DNA of 64,000 nucleotides from Albugo candida (Eukaryota): NCBI GenBank assembly GCA_040437565.1, contig JBDOQK010000030.1, positions 62,001 to 126,000 of the forward strand, read 5' to 3'. Shown piece by piece: positions 60,103 to 64,000 of this stretch (position 1 is its first letter; each line of letters starts with the position of its first letter). The notes under the pieces were generated by a model. It saw only the letters and a program-made list of their open reading frames with translations, ran no database searches and was not told where the DNA came from. The position numbers and the translations under genes were made by a program.

Positions 60103-62991
60103 CATAGGAAAAGATTGAAAGCGTCGCTAAGTTTGTTGTGAGTGATTTCCTCGACTTATTGGCGCTTTATTCAGCAATGAGACTGGCAAACGCGCAGAAG
60201 TAACTGAACTTACAATGGCACGTGCAAGTACCCTGGTGAACCAGCATTATAGCCGACACTATGTATTTACTATCCGACCTTTGCTGTGTCCATAATCCTG
60301 CGTATCTCTTGACTTCATTCCCATGTTTATAGCTGCCTGCCGGATCAATGGGTCGGTATTTTGCTTATAGGGGAAACAAGGATCGTCTCGTTGAGCTCTT
60401 TGACAGCTTGGCTACAGTTATTGTATATCCCTTTGATTATCCGCTTCAGTCGATACCAGTCAAGTAACTCTGTGTCTCTTGTTATACACAAAGTAATCAC
60501 TGAATACTGTGAAGGATTTATCTAAAACCAGCTAATGATCCCAACTCCTGCATTTAGAGACCAATAATCACTCACCCTGTATCATATCTCTCGCTACTGA
60601 TTCGATTCGACGTAATACAAGATCTTCGTTCTTGTTCCATNNNNNNNNNNNNNNNNNNNNNNNNNNNNNNNNNNNNNNNNNNNNNNNNNNNNNNNNNNNN
60701 NNNNNNNNNNNNNNNNNNNNNNNNNNNNNNNNNNNNNNNNGTCAACGGTTTGGTGCGTCTCACAGCATCCTTCAGCACCGCCTTCTTGCACCTTTGTGTG
60801 CGTGACAAATTTCCCAGATACCGCAATGGTCTGTTGCTCTCGTTGGTTAGCACTGGAAGGACAGCTCTCTCAATATTCCCAACAATCATGTCATCATCTT
60901 TCACTTAATTTTCGTTCTCCATCTGGGATTCATTTTTACTGCAAGCGCTGCCACTTTCAAATTAATGCACGTCATGTACTTCAATCTTCTGCTTCTTGTC
61001 CTCTGCAGCATATATTGAAGCCATGTGCAAGTGTTTCCTCTGTTTTTTAAGACGTGGCATGCTTGATTTGGGGAGCTATAAGTGCAAAAAAACTACGGAG
61101 GGTGTTATGAACTTCTGAAGCGATATGGCGATTGATTAACCTACCTACATACACTACTCCTGATTGGCTAAGTATAGGCTGCATGAAATTAAAATTTTGA
61201 AATTTGGCCGCATAAATAGGGGAGGGGTCTCTGTTATAAGTGTCTTGCAATATACGGTAGCTCTTTCGCAACTTCTCTTGACGCATTTTTGTTTTCGTGG
61301 ATTTCCCTACGAAATACGGTACACTATGCAGCCAAAATGAGGATGAAGTGAAGTATATTTGTTGTTGCTTGATAGAAAATACACCAAGCGAAAATTGATC
61401 GGCTTTCTGCATACAACAACAACAACCATGATACCGTTCAGTACTTGGCAATTACAGAAAAAATATATACAGGATTGAAAGTTCGTTTTACAAACTAAAT
61501 TCATCTTTAATTTGTTAGTTAGTCTTACTTGCATACGGTCTGAATCAATCGCGTTGCAAACAACAATATTATACTTGAATATTACAACATATTATTTGTT
61601 ACAAGACCCACGCAGTCATGTTGTGTGTCTTGTCAAGAGTACTATTCATCGAGACTTGAAATCGCAAGAAGGATGAGTAGGACACCAATAAATGATGCAA
61701 AATATGATTGTCGGCAATGCTATAGGTAGAGCAGCAATAAGCGAAATATGTGGCCATATATCTCCCATGTTGTACTCATGCTGTGTCTTCTATGCAAATA
61801 GGTATCAAACTATTTGAAAAGGTGCTCTTCTCCTGCAGACGCAGCTAATCACTCGATGCATGTTTGAAGCGGGGTTTTGGCGCAGCCATTGATTCAAAAT
61901 AACTATACCGCATAGGCCAGCCGGATCATGACTAGAAGATATCAGGTATGTAAGACACGATTGACTGTATCTAGCGGAATATTTATTGTAGCTATTTGTA
62001 TCCCAAAAAAAGAAGCATCATTTGCTCGAATACATCTAATTGAATAACCATAATTTACATCACACATACGCAATATGTCTTGGCGGTGCTTCTGCCTTGA
62101 GCTTGGCATCAGGGATGCTTCGAGCTTTTAGCGTATGTATATAAAAAAACAGTGAGTTTGATTAAATCGAGAGATCAGTGTAAGCATAGCTATTTTGAGA
62201 ATAATAGTTCCCGAAACAAGGATGTCTTTAATGCAAGACAGAAAACTTGAGTAGCTCTCGCACGTCAGGATTTGCCCATGGCAGTACAATGCTCTTGAAT
62301 AGTACGATATCATAAACATACGCTGAAACATTAATTGAAGAGAGAAACTGACGATAGTTTCTAAATAGATGCTACAATGGTCATAGAAAAGAATACATCT
62401 TAATAAATGCGATGATGTGAAAACAATGGATGACTAAAACGAATGCGTCCTGAATGGAACAAGAACGAAGATCTTGTATTACGTCAAATCGAATCAATAG
62501 CGAGAGATATGATACAGGATGAGTGATTATTGGTCTCTAAATGCAGGAGTTGGGATCATTAGCTGGTTTTAGATAAATCCTTCATAGTATTCAGTGATGA
62601 ATTTGAGTATAACAAGAGACACAGAGTTACTTGACTGGTATCGACTGAAGCGGATAATCAAAGGGATATACAATAACTGTAGCCAAGCTGTCAAAGAGCT
62701 CAATGAGACGATCCTAGTTTCCCCTGAAAGCAAAATACCGACCCATTGATCCGGCAGGCAGCTATAATCATGGGAATGAAGTCAAGAGATACGCAGGATT
62801 ATGGACACAGGAAAGGTCGGATAGTAAATAGATAGTGTCGGCTATAATGCTGGTTCACCAGGGTCATTGCACGTGCCATTGTAAGTTCAGTTACTTCTGC
62901 GCGTTTGCCAGTCTCGTTGCTGAATAAAGCGCCAATAAGTCGAGGAAATCACTCACAACGAACTTAGCGACGCTTTCAATCTTTTCCTATG
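60103..62991. repeat. ~538-bp inverted duplication (60103-60640 and 62454-62991)
   Basis: Reverse-complement match with scattered substitutions; the left arm ends at an N gap. Confidence 0.92.
60741..61040 (-). repeat. Second copy of the transposon 5' region (matches 59615-60103 without the 185-bp insertion)
   Basis: Direct repeat with substitutions; encodes KDDDMIVGNIERAVLPVLT...KKAVLKDA. Confidence 0.88.
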
Positions 62992-64000
62992 CTTTTTTGA
63001 ACAATTCCAGCTGTAACAGAGCTGATAATCAAGAACTTTGCCTCAACAAATAAATTCAAGCACCGATAGAGCATCTGCAAAACCATTGACCACAATGTCA
63101 CGATTTTGATCATGGCGAACGGAATGCATAACTCATTATTCAATTCTGCTGTATTACCTCCCCGTCCTACAAAAGAGATATCAACACAAGAGCTACTACG
63201 TCAATCCTGTCATATGGATTACAGCACACCTACGTACACCATACTGAGAAAAAAGGATCTGTACTTTTGTCCTAAATCGTGGACCGGCGCTATGTACATA
63301 AGTTTCCCGTTCGATTGGGTGTGGCCGAGCCGTGTTTCTTTTTTAAGGGGTAATCATTTATTGTTGTAGCGATGAATAGATTCCGGAAACAAGATGGGCA
63401 TCTTACGTATCTGATAGGTGCAAAATTTGGAATGGATTGAAGTAATCATCTAGGACCACGATATCTCCGACTTGTCTTATATAATCCAAGGAGCCGACCG
63501 AGTAAAGGCCAATTGAAGTTTGGTTTTTAATGTGCTTGCAAACGGCAGCTATCAGATGATAGTTAATCTTTCGTGGGTGGCGATACTCTATATCAAGCTC
63601 TAAATGATGGCGTTGTATATACACAACTTTGAGTGGTGATTATTCCAAAATGCTACTGACAAAACGCTGTCCCAAACTCGGTGGAAATATCTTTTTTGGG
63701 TTGAACTTCTTGTTGAAGGAGTATGCTGATGTAAGACTCGAGACGCCAATGATATCAAGATAACGATTTTGTAGCAGGCTTCACTAACAGCCACGCACTA
63801 CCTGGTAAATGGCTAGCCATTGCGGTACTATATTTAACGCCTGTACGAAACAGTCGGGAGGAAGGCATTGCATAGCTGTTCGTTGAATTTATGTACTGTT
63901 GTACATCACTTGTACACATTACCTTATATCATATAATAAGATGCATGTTTATCGGTCATGGATGATTCCTACTTCAGCGTAGCCGCTGTCCTGATGATTC

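Noticed and set aside
58380-61240. Terminal inverted repeats for the Tc1-like transposon
   Set aside because: Only short AGCCAAT/TTGGC motifs were found, with no convincing TIR pair or TA TSD.

Overview
Eukaryotic genomic DNA from an oomycete. The PKD-RyR channel, oomycete-type retroelements and ~55-nt introns point that way; Albugo-like is my inference. Two compact gene blocks are present. Block 1 (1.4-8.7 kb) holds tRNA-Ser, an enoyl-CoA hydratase/isomerase, RAD54 and a head-to-head ATRX/RAD54L2-like SNF2 helicase. Block 2 (37-51.5 kb) holds a BRCT protein, a bZIP factor, RNase H2C, a sugar porter, a polycystin-RyR channel and GatB. Between and after them lie decayed, heavily nested transposon islands: a Gypsy chromovirus carrying a hAT MITE and a SINE; four Copia elements, with one nested inside another and one hit by a LINE; a SINE inside a SINE; and a Tc1-like DDE transposon. 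The two islands also contain paralogous pseudogenes of a large, possibly secreted protein. The most interesting signal is at 2912-3162. A TATA box and a degenerate tRNA-like A/B-box leader are fused directly to a box H/ACA snoRNA whose 5' pocket fits the LSU peptidyl-transferase-centre uridine equivalent to yeast psi2865, suggesting a Pol III leader-snoRNA unit. Other notable features: a 43-nt LSU rRNA GTPase-centre fragment inside a 185-bp insertion, a fold-back hairpin inside a Copia gag, and overlapping first ATGs of the two SNF2 genes. Seven 100-N gaps are present, and at least two are flanked by overlap artefacts. All calls were made by eye with no database searches.
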